The notes below the pieces were generated by a model, which saw only the letters and a program-made list of their open reading frames with translations, was not told the origin of the DNA and did not search any database. This document shows positions 46,788 through 58,600 of a stretch of 64,000 nucleotides of DNA, one piece after another. How positions within the stretch are numbered: position 1 is the stretch's first letter; the number at the start of each line of letters is the position of its first letter. Source of the DNA: TPA_inf: Saccharomyces (taxonomy: Eukaryota); contig BK006946.2 in NCBI GenBank assembly GCA_000146045.2, positions 192,001-256,000 of the forward strand, written 5' to 3'. Made by a program: the position numbers and the translations under genes.

Positions 46788-47349
46788 CCTCTATTTCCTT
46801 TTTTTGTTCTAGTCGGTTACGCAGTTCTGAGTAATGTAATATAGCGTTCCTTTTCCTCTCAGATTTTTTTGACCTTATTTTGTTTCCACTTTTTACTACT
46901 TATGCTGCTTTTTGTCCATTTCCCCTTCAGTTGTTTTGAATTTTTTTTTTAAAAAAAATTCGTCTTTCTGATTAATCAATTTTGATTATATATTTTCTCT
47001 TGATTAGTTCACAATTTTTATAGGCCCTTATTTCTTAAAGAAGTTTTATGAAGTTTCGTAAGTATTGGGGGGGTTGAAAATAATCTCTCACGTTATACGC
47101 AATAAAAAATTAAAATTAAGGAGAACCAATCTATAGAAACGAACCATTGAATTTAGCTATATGACTATATACCATTACGTAATTTATATAAACAGCTTAA
47201 TATAGCGAAAGCAAAGTAGAACGAAATTTCGGAGAGTTCTAGATTGTATAGAGCGAATGAGCATTCAATACACACGCGAAGGCAGTAGGCGATGAAAGGA
47301 AGTTTTTTAATGTCATTAAGAAAAAGATAGGGAACTTCTATTTCCTGTC

Positions 47350-47353
<4 letters not shown>

Positions 47354-47385
<32 letters not shown>
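47354..47385. repeat. (AT)16 dinucleotide microsatellite in the PSP2-PPZ1 convergent intergenic region
   Basis: A perfect 32-nt alternating AT run. Confidence 0.95.
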
Positions 47386-47388
<3 letters not shown>

Positions 47389-47457
47389 CATATGTACATC
47401 GTTGAGTTGTTCATGAAATAATGAATATAATACTTCTGGATTTTTTAGTCAGTAAAT

Positions 47458-49536
47458 TTACTGTTGAGATTCGTTATCATTTGTGATGCTTGTTTCCATC
47501 ATTTGCTGTTGTTGATTAGCCAGTTTTCTTTCCTGTCTACCTTTCTTCATAACTTGCTTCAAAGCTGCACTATCTAGTGGATCTAACAATTCAAAAGAGC
47601 ACAATAAACCTTCGCTGACGCTCATTACAGCCCCCCAATTATCAAATTCACCACAATAATTTGGCGCGGAAAACACCGTAACGAGACTTCTATCATTGAA
47701 AAATTCATAACCGTCTTCCACAACCATGTGAGCTCTACAAACCAAATCAAACCCAAACTTGTTCAAGAATTTGTTAATTGCCACCTTATTATAACAGTAA
47801 CTTACACCACGTTCGTTATCCTCCCATTCGTTGGGTGAATCTGTGGGATCGGACCACAAAAGATCATTAATTAAGCCAAAATCTGGTACATCAGTAGGCC
47901 TAACTACATGTCTGATTTCATCCATAGAATTTAAAACTGGCGACAATCCACCATGAACACAAAAAATCTTTCCGGCTACGATAGCAGCTAATGGTAATGT
48001 ATTAAAAGTATCGATGAATGTCTTCCAGATCTTGATGTTACAACGACGTTTACATTCATCATAAAATCCATAAACCCTTGTGACGTTAGCACATTCATGG
48101 TTGCCTCTCAATAAAAAGAAATTTTCAGGGTATTTTATTTTGTAACAAAACAATAGTAAAATAGTCTCCAGTGACTGTTTACCACGGTCCACATAATCAC
48201 CTAGGAATAAATAGTTCGAGGATGGTGGGAACCCACATTTGGTAAAAAGCCTTAAGAGATCCCCATATTGGCCATGAACGTCGCCTACAATTTTTACAGG
48301 AGGTGATAATTCTAATAAGGAAGGTTGAGAAAGAAAGATTTCACGAGCCTTGATGCAAATCTGTAAAATTTCATTGTTCTTCAAACAAACATTTTTTGTT
48401 CTCTTAGCAGCGTAGCCCGCATCCAGTAATTTTTGGATAGTTTCATCAATATCGATAGGCTTTTTGAATTTTTTTGGAGCGTTTTTGTTTCCGGAAGATT
48501 GCATTATATCATTAAATTCCTCATTCGGATCTTTTTTGCTATCTGTTATATTATTATTTTTATCATTAACATTTTCCATTGATGCATGGATATTACTCAA
48601 TTGAGATGAATTTTCAATGTCATCATCATTGCTGATGTGTTTGCTCGGGTAAATATCGCGACTTGAATGGTGATTCAATGAGGAGGTTGAATTAGAGGTA
48701 AAGTATTCACCAGAGTGATCTGTTAGCTTGGACAAGCCTGGAGAGTTTAATGGGGTGCTGTATGCGGTATTACCATCTGATCCAAACGAAGATTTCCTAC
48801 TGTGTAGCGAAGATGCATGAGAATTTGACCGGGTTAATGCCTGAACGAGATAATTCTCCTGATTGTTAGAGGAGTATGATCCATTGTTAGGCTCTTCATG
48901 GGTCACATCTGATTTCCTTCTTGACACTGATCCGCTTCTTATACTGGACGGACGAGAATTCGAAGATCTAGAAAACCTTTTAGTGTGCGAGATGTCGTTG
49001 TCTTTATCATCATTGTCATCATCGGTTAAGGCGTTCTCATAATAGGTAGATGAGTATGAAGATTTATGCTTGGATACGTGTGTGCTACTATTGTTTGTTT
49101 TTAAAATGGGTGACTTGGGTTCCATTTGGATCATTGAAGGTGGTAAATCAGCAGCAGCCTTAGTATTATAACTTGATCTTCTAGAAGTAGAAGGCCTCTT
49201 AGTAGAGGATGATGAAGGAGTAGTTAACAATTCGTTTTGAGAATTTGAATGCGAGTGTGAGCTAGATGGGAAATGGTAACGATTCGTGTGAGAGCTATGT
49301 CGTTGGTGATTAACCTCAAGATTGGGCTTTGATGGAGTGGAGGGATCAGGGACGTTTGAATTAGTATTCGTAGTGGACGAAGAAGGAAGAGATCGCCTTG
49401 ATCTTGAAGATTTATTTGATTTTGCAGACTTCACAGAATGGGAAGTCTCGGTTCTCGACACTTGAGGACGAGGATTTCTCGAGGAGGAATTCGAATGTGA
49501 ATCCTTTTTCGAAGATTTTGAACTTGAATTACCCAT
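47458..49536 (-). CDS. PPZ1: Ser/Thr protein phosphatase Z (PP1-related), 692 aa
   Basis: ATG at 49536 with the N-myristoylation-type start MGNSSSK. It has a long Ser-rich N-terminal half and a C-terminal PPP catalytic domain (GDVHGQ, GDYVDRG, GNHE, HGG, RG, H motifs). Confidence 0.93.
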   Translation of the reverse strand: MGNSSSKSSKKDSHSNSSSRNPRPQVSRTETSHSVKSAKSNKSSRSRRSLPSSSTTNTNSNVPDPSTPSKPNLEVNHQRHSSHTNRYHFPSSSHSHSNSQNELLTTPSSSSTKRPSTSRRSSYNTKAAADLPPSMIQMEPKSPILKTNNSSTHVSKHKSSYSSTYYENALTDDDNDDKDNDISHTKRFSRSSNSRPSSIRSGSVSRRKSDVTHEEPNNGSYSSNNQENYLVQALTRSNSHASSLHSRKSSFGSDGNTAYSTPLNSPGLSKLTDHSGEYFTSNSTSSLNHHSSRDIYPSKHISNDDDIENSSQLSNIHASMENVNDKNNNITDSKKDPNEEFNDIMQSSGNKNAPKKFKKPIDIDETIQKLLDAGYAAKRTKNVCLKNNEILQICIKAREIFLSQPSLLELSPPVKIVGDVHGQYGDLLRLFTKCGFPPSSNYLFLGDYVDRGKQSLETILLLFCYKIKYPENFFLLRGNHECANVTRVYGFYDECKRRCNIKIWKTFIDTFNTLPLAAIVAGKIFCVHGGLSPVLNSMDEIRHVVRPTDVPDFGLINDLLWSDPTDSPNEWEDNERGVSYCYNKVAINKFLNKFGFDLVCRAHMVVEDGYEFFNDRSLVTVFSAPNYCGEFDNWGAVMSVSEGLLCSFELLDPLDSAALKQVMKKGRQERKLANQQQQMMETSITNDNESQQ

Positions 49537-49988
49537 TTTGAAAAGGAAGGAAAGATAAGCAGAGAGTGGTTGATTTGTTGTTTTATGACAAAGCCTCTAG
49601 GGGAAAAGAAGCGACTATAACGATGAAATAAAAATAAAACGATAAAGAAAAGTATAATCAAATGTATTCCAAAGAAGTACTTTTATATATAATCTTTATA
49701 TTTAACTTGAAAGAAAAAGATTTAACATGTATTGCCAAAACAAACAAAACTAATAATGGAAGCTATTGTATTGTGCTTTTATGTTACCCACCTGCCAATG
49801 GTTCACAAGAGAAAGCTGATTAACAGAATTAGAAGATCTGCAGTAATCGTTTTCTTTTTTTTTTTTTCATTAATTTATATGCTATCCTTTTAAAAATAGA
49901 CATGTCATTTCAAACGACATGTTAAAAATTATATATATGTTTATATATAGATTGATATATGTTGGAGCCGTTGGACAATTATGGGCAG

Positions 49989-51029
49989 CTATCTGAACAT
50001 GGATCCCTGCCCTTCTCCTTGAGTTCTCCAGTAAGCGTTAGGCAAAGTGTCCGACTGCAGACGGTAGAGTCTCCACGCCTCACGGATGTGTTCGGGCAAT
50101 AAGGGACTGTTGTTATATTTCTCGATGCTTACATCTAGTTTGTTGAATTGGAGGACGAGCTTATTGTACTGCTCGATGAGTTGTAGCTTCAAGTCCTGTG
50201 AATTATGGTCTGATTGCTGTAAGGATTTGGACTGTAGCAACGAGTTGCCCAGCGTAGTTTCGCGCTTGTCTACTTCTTCATCGTCGAAGTAGAAATCAGG
50301 TTCGTCTTCGGGAACGCTATCGGATTGATAATCTTGCTTGTATTGCTGGTTTTCTATGATGGAGAAAGTCAATTTTTTTAGATATTTTTTCAATTTATAG
50401 CCTATTTTGGTCCTCTTATCAAACTCTATGCACATTTGACTTGTCAACCACTTATTCTTCACAATCATGGCCAATTCGATTATCTCACCAGCGTATATTT
50501 TTCCCACCGCTTGCAGAAAAACACGAATATTTTCACTTATAGTTTGATTAGCTACTGTGCTAGCCAGTTTTTTGACCTGGGTTTTGTTTAGGGATGTTCT
50601 ATGGAAAACTTCAAACCGATTAGTTTGATCTTTATCCAAGTTGGTTACCAAGAGCTTGAATTGTTCGTCCTGCGCAAGTTTTTCATTTTCATCTTCGTTG
50701 GTATTGGTGTCTTCGTAATTGCTATTTTGTGTTTGCTGTTGTAAAATGTCTTGTGGAAAGATCAGGTTTTCTGGGACTTTGTTGATAGAGTCCGGGTCTT
50801 GCTGATTTATCCTGGTTTTCTGGTATTTGTATTTTGGATATTTATTTAATTGGTTGTTGATTGATGTACCACCCGTTCGCAGGTTTTGCAATTTCCACGT
50901 AACGTAGTCCTGGTCCTCACTGATGACTTGGTCAATCATTTGTTTTGTGGAAAAATAGTTTGCTATTGTCAGTATTGGCGGATAGTTCACTTTCGGGATG
51001 GTGTCCAAAGGACCTTGAGGTTCGGTCAT
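49989..51029 (-). CDS. TAF11: TFIID subunit TAF11, 346 aa
   Basis: The ORF track starts at TTG 51050; the ATG is at 51029 (MTEPQGPLDT...). It has a C-terminal histone-fold region. The position and length match YML015C. Confidence 0.75.
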   Translation of the reverse strand: MTEPQGPLDTIPKVNYPPILTIANYFSTKQMIDQVISEDQDYVTWKLQNLRTGGTSINNQLNKYPKYKYQKTRINQQDPDSINKVPENLIFPQDILQQQTQNSNYEDTNTNEDENEKLAQDEQFKLLVTNLDKDQTNRFEVFHRTSLNKTQVKKLASTVANQTISENIRVFLQAVGKIYAGEIIELAMIVKNKWLTSQMCIEFDKRTKIGYKLKKYLKKLTFSIIENQQYKQDYQSDSVPEDEPDFYFDDEEVDKRETTLGNSLLQSKSLQQSDHNSQDLKLQLIEQYNKLVLQFNKLDVSIEKYNNSPLLPEHIREAWRLYRLQSDTLPNAYWRTQGEGQGSMFR

Positions 51030-51224
51030 CGTTGCGCTGTTGAAGCTCAAACTTACTTTGTGCTCTTCATTTATATGGATAATTATCTCTATATACCTCT
51101 TCTTGATTTTTCAATTTCTTTCAACTTTTCAGTCGAAGAAATGGGAATAAGAGAAAAAATTCGGTAATGAACTGAACAGAGATGAGGTCTCGAAGAGCCA
51201 AGAAATAAAAGGTTAAGAACCAAC

Positions 51225-52064
51225 ATGGAGATAAACCAAGCGGCTGAAAAAGAACAGGAGTATGTTCACAAAGTGTATAATGAGATAGCTCCGCATTTCT
51301 CGCAAACTAGATATAAGCCATGGCCCATAGTGACTCAGTTCTTGAAGACTCGCCCAATGGGTTCCATCGGTATCGACGTCGGGTGTGGCAATGGAAAGTA
51401 CCTCGGAGTGAACCCTGATATATATATTATCGGTTCAGATCGCTCAGATGGTCTTATTGAGTGCGCCAGAGGAATAAACCCATCGTACAACTTACTGGTG
51501 GCAGACGGGCTGAACTTACCACACAAAAACGAAACATTTGACTTCGCCATCTCAATTGCTGTAGTGCATCACTGGTCTACAAGGGAGAGACGTGTTGAGG
51601 TGATCAGGCACGTTCTATCGAAGCTACGTCAGGGCGGACAAGCATTAATATATTGTTGGGCTCTAGAACAGGGCAGCTCCCGTAGAGGTTACCATGAAGG
51701 TATGGAGCAAGATGTCTTTGTCCCCTGGGTTCTTCCCAAGAGTAAATCCAAACCAAAAACTAAATCAACGCCGCCTGCTAAAGTCAAGACAAGGCCAAAG
51801 CCAAACTTAATGAATATTCCCCCAAAGGAGCGTTCCGAATACTTGCAGCGCTGGAAGGAGGAACAGCAACGCAGTAAGTCTCTTGATGATAACGACGAGA
51901 AGCAACAACAAGATCAAGAACAGGAAAGAGAAGAGGTAAAATACCGATACTATCACTTATACCGAGAGGGCGAATTGGCTGAGGATTGCCGCCAAGCTGG
52001 GGCTGCCGTTCATAGTGAGGGCTTCGAGCGCGACAATTGGTGGGTGGTGGCCCAGAAGAGATGA
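51225..52064 (+). CDS. TRM9: tRNA (mcm5U34) methyltransferase, 279 aa
   Basis: ATG at 51225. It has the class I SAM-methyltransferase motif I (IDVGCGNGKY) and post-I (GSDRS). The basic/acidic C-terminal tail is typical of yeast Trm9. Confidence 0.88.
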   Translation: MEINQAAEKEQEYVHKVYNEIAPHFSQTRYKPWPIVTQFLKTRPMGSIGIDVGCGNGKYLGVNPDIYIIGSDRSDGLIECARGINPSYNLLVADGLNLPHKNETFDFAISIAVVHHWSTRERRVEVIRHVLSKLRQGGQALIYCWALEQGSSRRGYHEGMEQDVFVPWVLPKSKSKPKTKSTPPAKVKTRPKPNLMNIPPKERSEYLQRWKEEQQRSKSLDDNDEKQQQDQEQEREEVKYRYYHLYREGELAEDCRQAGAAVHSEGFERDNWWVVAQKR

Positions 52065-52148
52065 AGGTGATATATAGGTAGACAGTGTATTTTGTAGCAG
52101 CAGGTATTACGATAGAAGTATGTAATAGCTTTCATAGTGTAATCGAAG

Positions 52149-53903
52149 ATGCCAGTAGTCAATCATGAGGATAGTGAATTTCACCTTTCGCACACAGAAG
52201 AGGACAAGTTAAATGAGTTCCAGGTCATCACGAATTTCCCCCCAGAAGACTTGCCAGATGTGGTGAGACTGTTGAGGAACCATGGTTGGCAGTTAGAACC
52301 AGCATTGAGCCGATATTTCGATGGAGAGTGGAAAGGCGAACCAGACCAGATGGGAGAGCCCACTCAAACGTCTACACCCATGGCTGAGACCTTGGTTCCT
52401 CCCGCGTTGGGACCTAGACCGTTGTTATTTACAGCCTCACTGCCCGTGGTCAGACCATTGCCAGCGAACTTCCGCAATGATTTCAGAACAATTGGGCTAA
52501 ATGGACGCTCTAACACTGTGTGGTCCATGTTTGAATCTTTTAGTTATGATGGTAACCCCTTTCTTTTTATTTTACTGTTGATCCCTCGGATAATCAATAG
52601 GTTATCTGCCACAATATTCACGTTCTTTTGCACTCTATTGTCCCTGCATTCGATAAGTGGTGGCGGTAATTCAGGAAAACCCAAGATCTCCAAGGTTCCA
52701 AAGGCACCAACCAGAGAAACCCATATCCCACTTGCAGAAATACTGGGTGACACGAAGGACAAGGATGCATTTTGCGAACTAAAAAGCTTTAAACCAGACA
52801 TTTCCTTCAATGAGGCCTTGCGTATTGCAAAAGAAGAGTTTAAGTTTATGTTGCTCATCCTAGTGGGCGACACCTACGATACCGATACTGATACCGTAGA
52901 TGTTAATTCTAAACTACTATTGGAAAAGATTTTGTTAAACAAGAAGACTTTACAGTACTTGCGCAAGATTGATAACGACCTGATTATCTATTTGAAATGC
53001 GTACACGAGTTGGAACCTTGGCTGGTTGCTCGCCAACTAGGTGTCAGAAACACCCCGGAGATATTCCTCATTGCCAACGTGGCTAATAAGGCTTCCCATT
53101 CAGAAACTTTGCCCTCACAAAGACTCTCCATTCTCGGCAAGCTAAAGGTCAATTCACTGAACAGATTCTTGCAGTCGTTAACAAACGTGGTGGAAAAGTA
53201 CACTCCAGAATTAGTTGTTAATAAAACTGAAATGCACGAGCTACGCATGTCAAGAGAAATAAAAAAACTGCAGGAGGATGCGTACAAAAAGTCGCTAGAA
53301 ATGGACAGAATCAAAGCTATAGAAAAGGAAAAGAGCTTGAAACACGCTCAGGATTTGAAATTAAACTCAACTGCTCGGCAATTAAAATGGTTAAAGGCTT
53401 GCATCGATGAGATACAGCCGTTCGAGACAACGGGGAAGCAAGCTACTCTGCAATTTAGGACTTCTAGTGGCAAAAGATTCGTCAAGAAGTTCCCCTCCAT
53501 GACTACACTTTACCAAATCTACCAATCCATTGGGTGTCACATATACCTCGCGGTATATTCTAGTGACCCCGCAGAATGGTCTAACGCCCTCCAGGACAAA
53601 ATCAGGCAATTATCTGCAGACGACGATATGCTCTGCTTTAAAGAAGGACAACTCGAAACTGCTACTGCTACCACTATCGAAGAGCTCGGCCACATCATCA
53701 ACAACGAGCTTACCTCATTTGATCTCGAACGTGGTAAACTTGAATTCGACTTTGAATTGGTATCGCCCTTCCCTAAGTATACTGTGCATCCTAACGAGCA
53801 CATGTCGGTGGACCAAGTGCCCCAGCTATGGCCAAATGGCAGTCTTCTAGTGGAAGCACTGGATGAAGAAGATGAAGAAGATGAGGAAAATGAAGAACAA
53901 TGA
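52149..53903 (+). CDS. UBX2: ER-membrane UBX-domain Cdc48 adaptor, 584 aa
   Basis: ATG at 52149. It has an N-terminal UBA domain (LNEFQVITNFPPEDLPDVVRLLRNHGWQLEPALSRYF), two central transmembrane segments, a C-terminal UBX domain and an acidic tail. It starts only 84 bp after the TRM9 stop. Confidence 0.85.
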   Translation: MPVVNHEDSEFHLSHTEEDKLNEFQVITNFPPEDLPDVVRLLRNHGWQLEPALSRYFDGEWKGEPDQMGEPTQTSTPMAETLVPPALGPRPLLFTASLPVVRPLPANFRNDFRTIGLNGRSNTVWSMFESFSYDGNPFLFILLLIPRIINRLSATIFTFFCTLLSLHSISGGGNSGKPKISKVPKAPTRETHIPLAEILGDTKDKDAFCELKSFKPDISFNEALRIAKEEFKFMLLILVGDTYDTDTDTVDVNSKLLLEKILLNKKTLQYLRKIDNDLIIYLKCVHELEPWLVARQLGVRNTPEIFLIANVANKASHSETLPSQRLSILGKLKVNSLNRFLQSLTNVVEKYTPELVVNKTEMHELRMSREIKKLQEDAYKKSLEMDRIKAIEKEKSLKHAQDLKLNSTARQLKWLKACIDEIQPFETTGKQATLQFRTSSGKRFVKKFPSMTTLYQIYQSIGCHIYLAVYSSDPAEWSNALQDKIRQLSADDDMLCFKEGQLETATATTIEELGHIINNELTSFDLERGKLEFDFELVSPFPKYTVHPNEHMSVDQVPQLWPNGSLLVEALDEEDEEDEENEEQ

Positions 53904-54115
53904 TAAAATAGCATATCGTTAAAAACGACAAACGCGTACAAAGAGTTTCTGGAGTTTACTTTTTTTTCATTTTTCGTTTTTACTCTTTCGTCTCCCTAAT
54001 GATTTTGGCCAACCGTTGGTTGTTACGTGTTATATGTTTGTTTTAGGAGCTGGGGCCTACCTTTATAGTTAGTTGTATAACTCAGTTGATCTCATAAGTG
54101 AAAAGCAAAAAAAGG

Positions 54116-54751
54116 ATGCAGGTGTTACAGTTATGGTTGACAACTTTGATCTCTTTGGTGGTGGCAGTGCAGGGATTACATTTCGACATTGCAGCATCTA
54201 CAGATCCAGAACAGGTTTGTATTCGTGATTTTGTCACTGAAGGTCAATTGGTTGTCGCGGATATTCACTCAGATGGTTCTGTTGGTGATGGACAGAAACT
54301 AAACCTCTTCGTGCGTGATTCAGTTGGAAACGAGTATCGTAGAAAGAGGGACTTTGCAGGCGACGTTCGTGTTGCGTTTACTGCTCCATCCTCCACGGCA
54401 TTCGACGTTTGTTTTGAAAATCAGGCTCAGTATCGTGGCCGTTCTTTAAGCAGGGCCATTGAATTGGACATTGAGAGTGGTGCTGAAGCTCGTGACTGGA
54501 ACAAGATCAGTGCCAACGAAAAATTGAAACCTATAGAAGTGGAGTTGCGTAGAGTGGAGGAAATTACCGACGAAATTGTCGACGAATTGACTTACTTGAA
54601 AAACAGAGAGGAGAGATTAAGAGACACCAATGAATCTACCAACAGAAGGGTAAGAAATTTCTCAATTTTGGTTATTATTGTCTTGTCCTCGCTGGGTGTT
54701 TGGCAAGTCAACTATTTGAAGAACTACTTCAAAACGAAACATATCATTTAA
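54116..54751 (+). CDS. ERV25: p24-family COPII cargo receptor, 211 aa
   Basis: The ORF track starts at GTG 54098; the ATG is at 54116 ([20 protein letters not shown], a signal peptide). It has a GOLD domain, a coiled-coil, one C-terminal transmembrane segment and a short cytosolic tail. Confidence 0.85.
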
Positions 54752-54894
54752 GCAAAGGAAGAGGACCACACCATGCATTTGTGTATCAGCTTACCCTATA
54801 ATTGCATATGTACTCGACTATTTTCTACATATATATGAATAGATTCCAGAACCGAATAAAGGAGAAAAAATATTTGAATATGGATTTGTTCGCT

Positions 54895-55428
54895 TCACAT
54901 CTTTAAGTAACCTAGTTTTCCCAATACGCAACCAAAGTCCAAGTATGTCATGAAAAGCCTCTTGCCATCAGTAGCACAACTAATCATTTCAATGGTCCCA
55001 GAACTTTGGTCAGCCCCGATGAGATTGGAGATTTTTTGAAGGTCTTTTACGCTTAATACATGATCTCTTAAGGCCACTTGCGGGAAATCCACGTCTCTGC
55101 CACAGTTTCTAATAAGCATCGACCATAAATCATCTATTACTGTTAAATTATTCATCAGTATCAGTAACTGGCATGTGCATCGTACCAGTTTCGTGAAATC
55201 TATTACGTCAGTTCCTTCTATAATGACGTCTTCATTTCTCACCAGTTTCCAAATTGTGGGCTCTAGTTGCAAATCCTTGAAGAACCTTGGTAGTTCATTA
55301 ACGGTCATATCATGGTCCAGACTGGATTCCGCATATTTTTCCAGAATTTCATCTTCAACTTCGATAGGTACTTTCGGGTTCTCGAATAGCTCTACTCTTT
55401 CATAACTAACGTTAGTGGATTTGCTCAT
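54895..55428 (-). CDS. RAD33: Nucleotide-excision-repair factor, 177 aa
   Basis: ATG at 55428. I identify it by position, strand and exact length (YML011C). I recognise no strong motif. Confidence 0.7.
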   Translation of the reverse strand: MSKSTNVSYERVELFENPKVPIEVEDEILEKYAESSLDHDMTVNELPRFFKDLQLEPTIWKLVRNEDVIIEGTDVIDFTKLVRCTCQLLILMNNLTVIDDLWSMLIRNCGRDVDFPQVALRDHVLSVKDLQKISNLIGADQSSGTIEMISCATDGKRLFMTYLDFGCVLGKLGYLKM

Positions 55429-55676
55429 TGAAAAAAAACTCGGAAGGTATTTAGGTGACCTTGCGGCTTCTTAATGCTGACACCTGCATGCGTAATTGTT
55501 ATTATATATATATATGATAGTATATTTCATACTTGTTCCTTCTAAAGGTGACCCGCCTGATATGCGACATAGAAAAAAATTTGGATGAACATGTTCAAAG
55601 ATTGGTAGCATTGACAAGAACCATTCATACAAGTAGGTAACAGCAGAAGGAAAGAGGAACGGGTGTTGTGATAATT

Positions 55677-58600
55677 ATGAGTGACAACTCGGACACAAAC
55701 GTGAGCATGCAGGACCATGATCAACAATTTGCTGATCCCGTAGTGGTTCCGCAGTCAACTGACACTAAAGATGAAAATACTAGTGACAAAGATACTGTTG
55801 ATAGTGGCAATGTGACCACAACGGAAAGTACAGAACGTGCAGAAAGTACAAGCAATATTCCCCCTTTAGATGGGGAAGAAAAAGAAGCAAAATCTGAGCC
55901 ACAGCAACCTGAGGATAATGCAGAAACGGCGGCCACAGAGCAGGTTTCATCTAGTAACGGGCCTGCTACAGATGATGCCCAAGCAACTTTGAATACGGAT
56001 TCATCCGAAGCAAATGAAATTGTCAAGAAGGAAGAGGGCTCTGATGAAAGGAAGAGACCTCGCGAAGAGGACACCAAAAACAGTGATGGTGATACCAAAG
56101 ATGAGGGCGATAACAAAGATGAAGACGATGATGAAGACGACGATGACGATGATGATGATGAGGACGATGACGATGAAGCCCCAACTAAAAGGCGTCGTCA
56201 GGAGAGGAACAGATTCTTGGATATTGAAGCTGAGGTTAGTGATGATGAAGATGAAGATGAAGATGAAGAGGATTCAGAGTTGGTTCGTGAAGGTTTCATT
56301 ACCCATGGTGATGATGAAGATGACGAAGCAAGTGCTCCAGGCGCAAGAAGAGACGATAGATTACATAGACAACTGGACCAAGATTTGAACAAGACTTCAG
56401 AAGAAGACGCTCAAAGGTTAGCGAAAGAATTAAGGGAGCGTTACGGTAGAAGCAGCTCCAAGCAATACCGTGCTGCTGCTCAAGATGGTTACGTGCCCCA
56501 GAGGTTTCTCCTACCAAGTGTTGATACAGCTACCATTTGGGGTGTGCGCTGCAGACCAGGTAAAGAAAAGGAATTGATTCGTAAGTTATTAAAAAAAAAA
56601 TTCAATTTGGATAGGGCGATGGGTAAGAAAAAACTGAAAATTTTATCCATTTTCCAAAGGGATAATTACACAGGAAGAATCTATATCGAAGCCCCTAAGC
56701 AATCCGTTATTGAAAAATTTTGTAATGGTGTTCCAGATATTTATATTTCTCAAAAATTGCTAATTCCTGTCCAAGAATTACCTCTATTACTAAAACCAAA
56801 CAAATCTGATGATGTTGCTTTGGAAGAAGGTAGCTACGTTCGTATTAAGAGAGGGATCTATAAGGGTGACTTAGCTATGGTCGACCAAATTAGTGAGAAT
56901 AATTTAGAAGTTATGCTGAAAATTGTTCCTCGTCTGGATTATGGTAAATTCGACGAAATTGATCCAACAACACAGCAACGTAAATCCAGAAGACCAACTT
57001 TTGCTCATAGAGCACCACCGCAATTATTTAATCCAACAATGGCTCTAAGATTAGACCAAGCTAACCTGTACAAAAGGGATGATCGCCACTTTACTTATAA
57101 GAATGAAGATTATATCGATGGTTATCTGTATAAGTCCTTCAGAATTCAACATGTGGAAACCAAAAATATTCAGCCAACTGTGGAGGAATTGGCAAGATTC
57201 GGTTCCAAAGAGGGCGCGGTAGATCTAACATCAGTTTCACAATCAATCAAGAAGGCTCAAGCTGCAAAGGTCACTTTCCAGCCAGGTGATCGTATCGAAG
57301 TTCTAAATGGTGAACAACGTGGTTCCAAGGGTATTGTAACAAGAACCACGAAAGATATTGCTACTATCAAACTAAATGGCTTTACAACGCCTCTAGAATT
57401 TCCTATCTCTACTCTGAGGAAAATTTTCGAACCTGGTGATCACGTTACTGTCATCAATGGTGAACATCAAGGTGATGCTGGTTTAGTTCTTATGGTAGAG
57501 CAAGGTCAAGTGACATTTATGTCAACTCAAACAAGCAGAGAAGTTACCATTACAGCAAATAATCTGTCCAAATCCATCGACACTACAGCTACATCAAGTG
57601 AATATGCGCTACATGACATAGTCGAATTGAGTGCTAAAAATGTTGCTTGTATTATTCAAGCTGGCCACGATATCTTCAAGGTTATTGATGAAACTGGTAA
57701 AGTGTCGACAATTACGAAGGGGTCTATCTTGAGTAAAATAAATACTGCTCGTGCACGCGTTTCTAGTGTCGATGCAAATGGTAATGAAATCAAAATTGGT
57801 GATACCATAGTAGAGAAAGTAGGTTCACGCAGAGAAGGTCAGGTCCTGTACATACAAACACAACAAATTTTTGTTGTTTCAAAGAAGATTGTTGAAAATG
57901 CAGGGGTTTTTGTTGTTAACCCTAGTAACGTTGAGGCCGTGGCATCCAAGGACAATATGTTAAGTAACAAAATGGATCTAAGTAAAATGAATCCAGAAAT
58001 CATTTCTAAAATGGGACCTCCATCATCTAAGACATTCCAACAACCCATCCAGTCCAGAGGAGGTCGTGAAGTTGCACTCGGCAAAACAGTAAGAATTCGT
58101 TCTGCTGGTTACAAGGGTCAATTAGGTATTGTGAAAGATGTGAATGGTGATAAAGCTACTGTCGAATTACACTCGAAGAACAAACACATTACAATTGACA
58201 AGCATAAGTTAACATATTACAACCGTGAGGGAGGTGAAGGTATCACGTATGATGAATTGGTTAATAGACGTGGTAGAGTTCCACAGGCCAGAATGGGCCC
58301 AAGTTACGTCAGTGCCCCAAGAAACATGGCCACTGGCGGTATTGCAGCAGGTGCTGCGGCTACCTCTTCTGGTCTTAGCGGTGGTATGACACCAGGATGG
58401 AGCTCCTTCGATGGTGGCAAAACACCAGCTGTAAATGCGCATGGAGGCTCAGGTGGTGGCGGTGTCTCCTCATGGGGTGGTGCTTCCACTTGGGGTGGCC
58501 AAGGTAATGGAGGTGCATCCGCTTGGGGCGGTGCTGGCGGCGGTGCCTCAGCTTGGGGCGGCCAAGGTACTGGTGCTACTTCTACTTGGGGTGGTGCTTC

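Noticed and set aside
53537-53941. 134-aa ORF antisense to the UBX2 3' end (poly-Ser from the GAA/GAT acidic tail)
   Set aside because: It is a low-complexity antisense artefact of the UBX2 acidic C-terminus.
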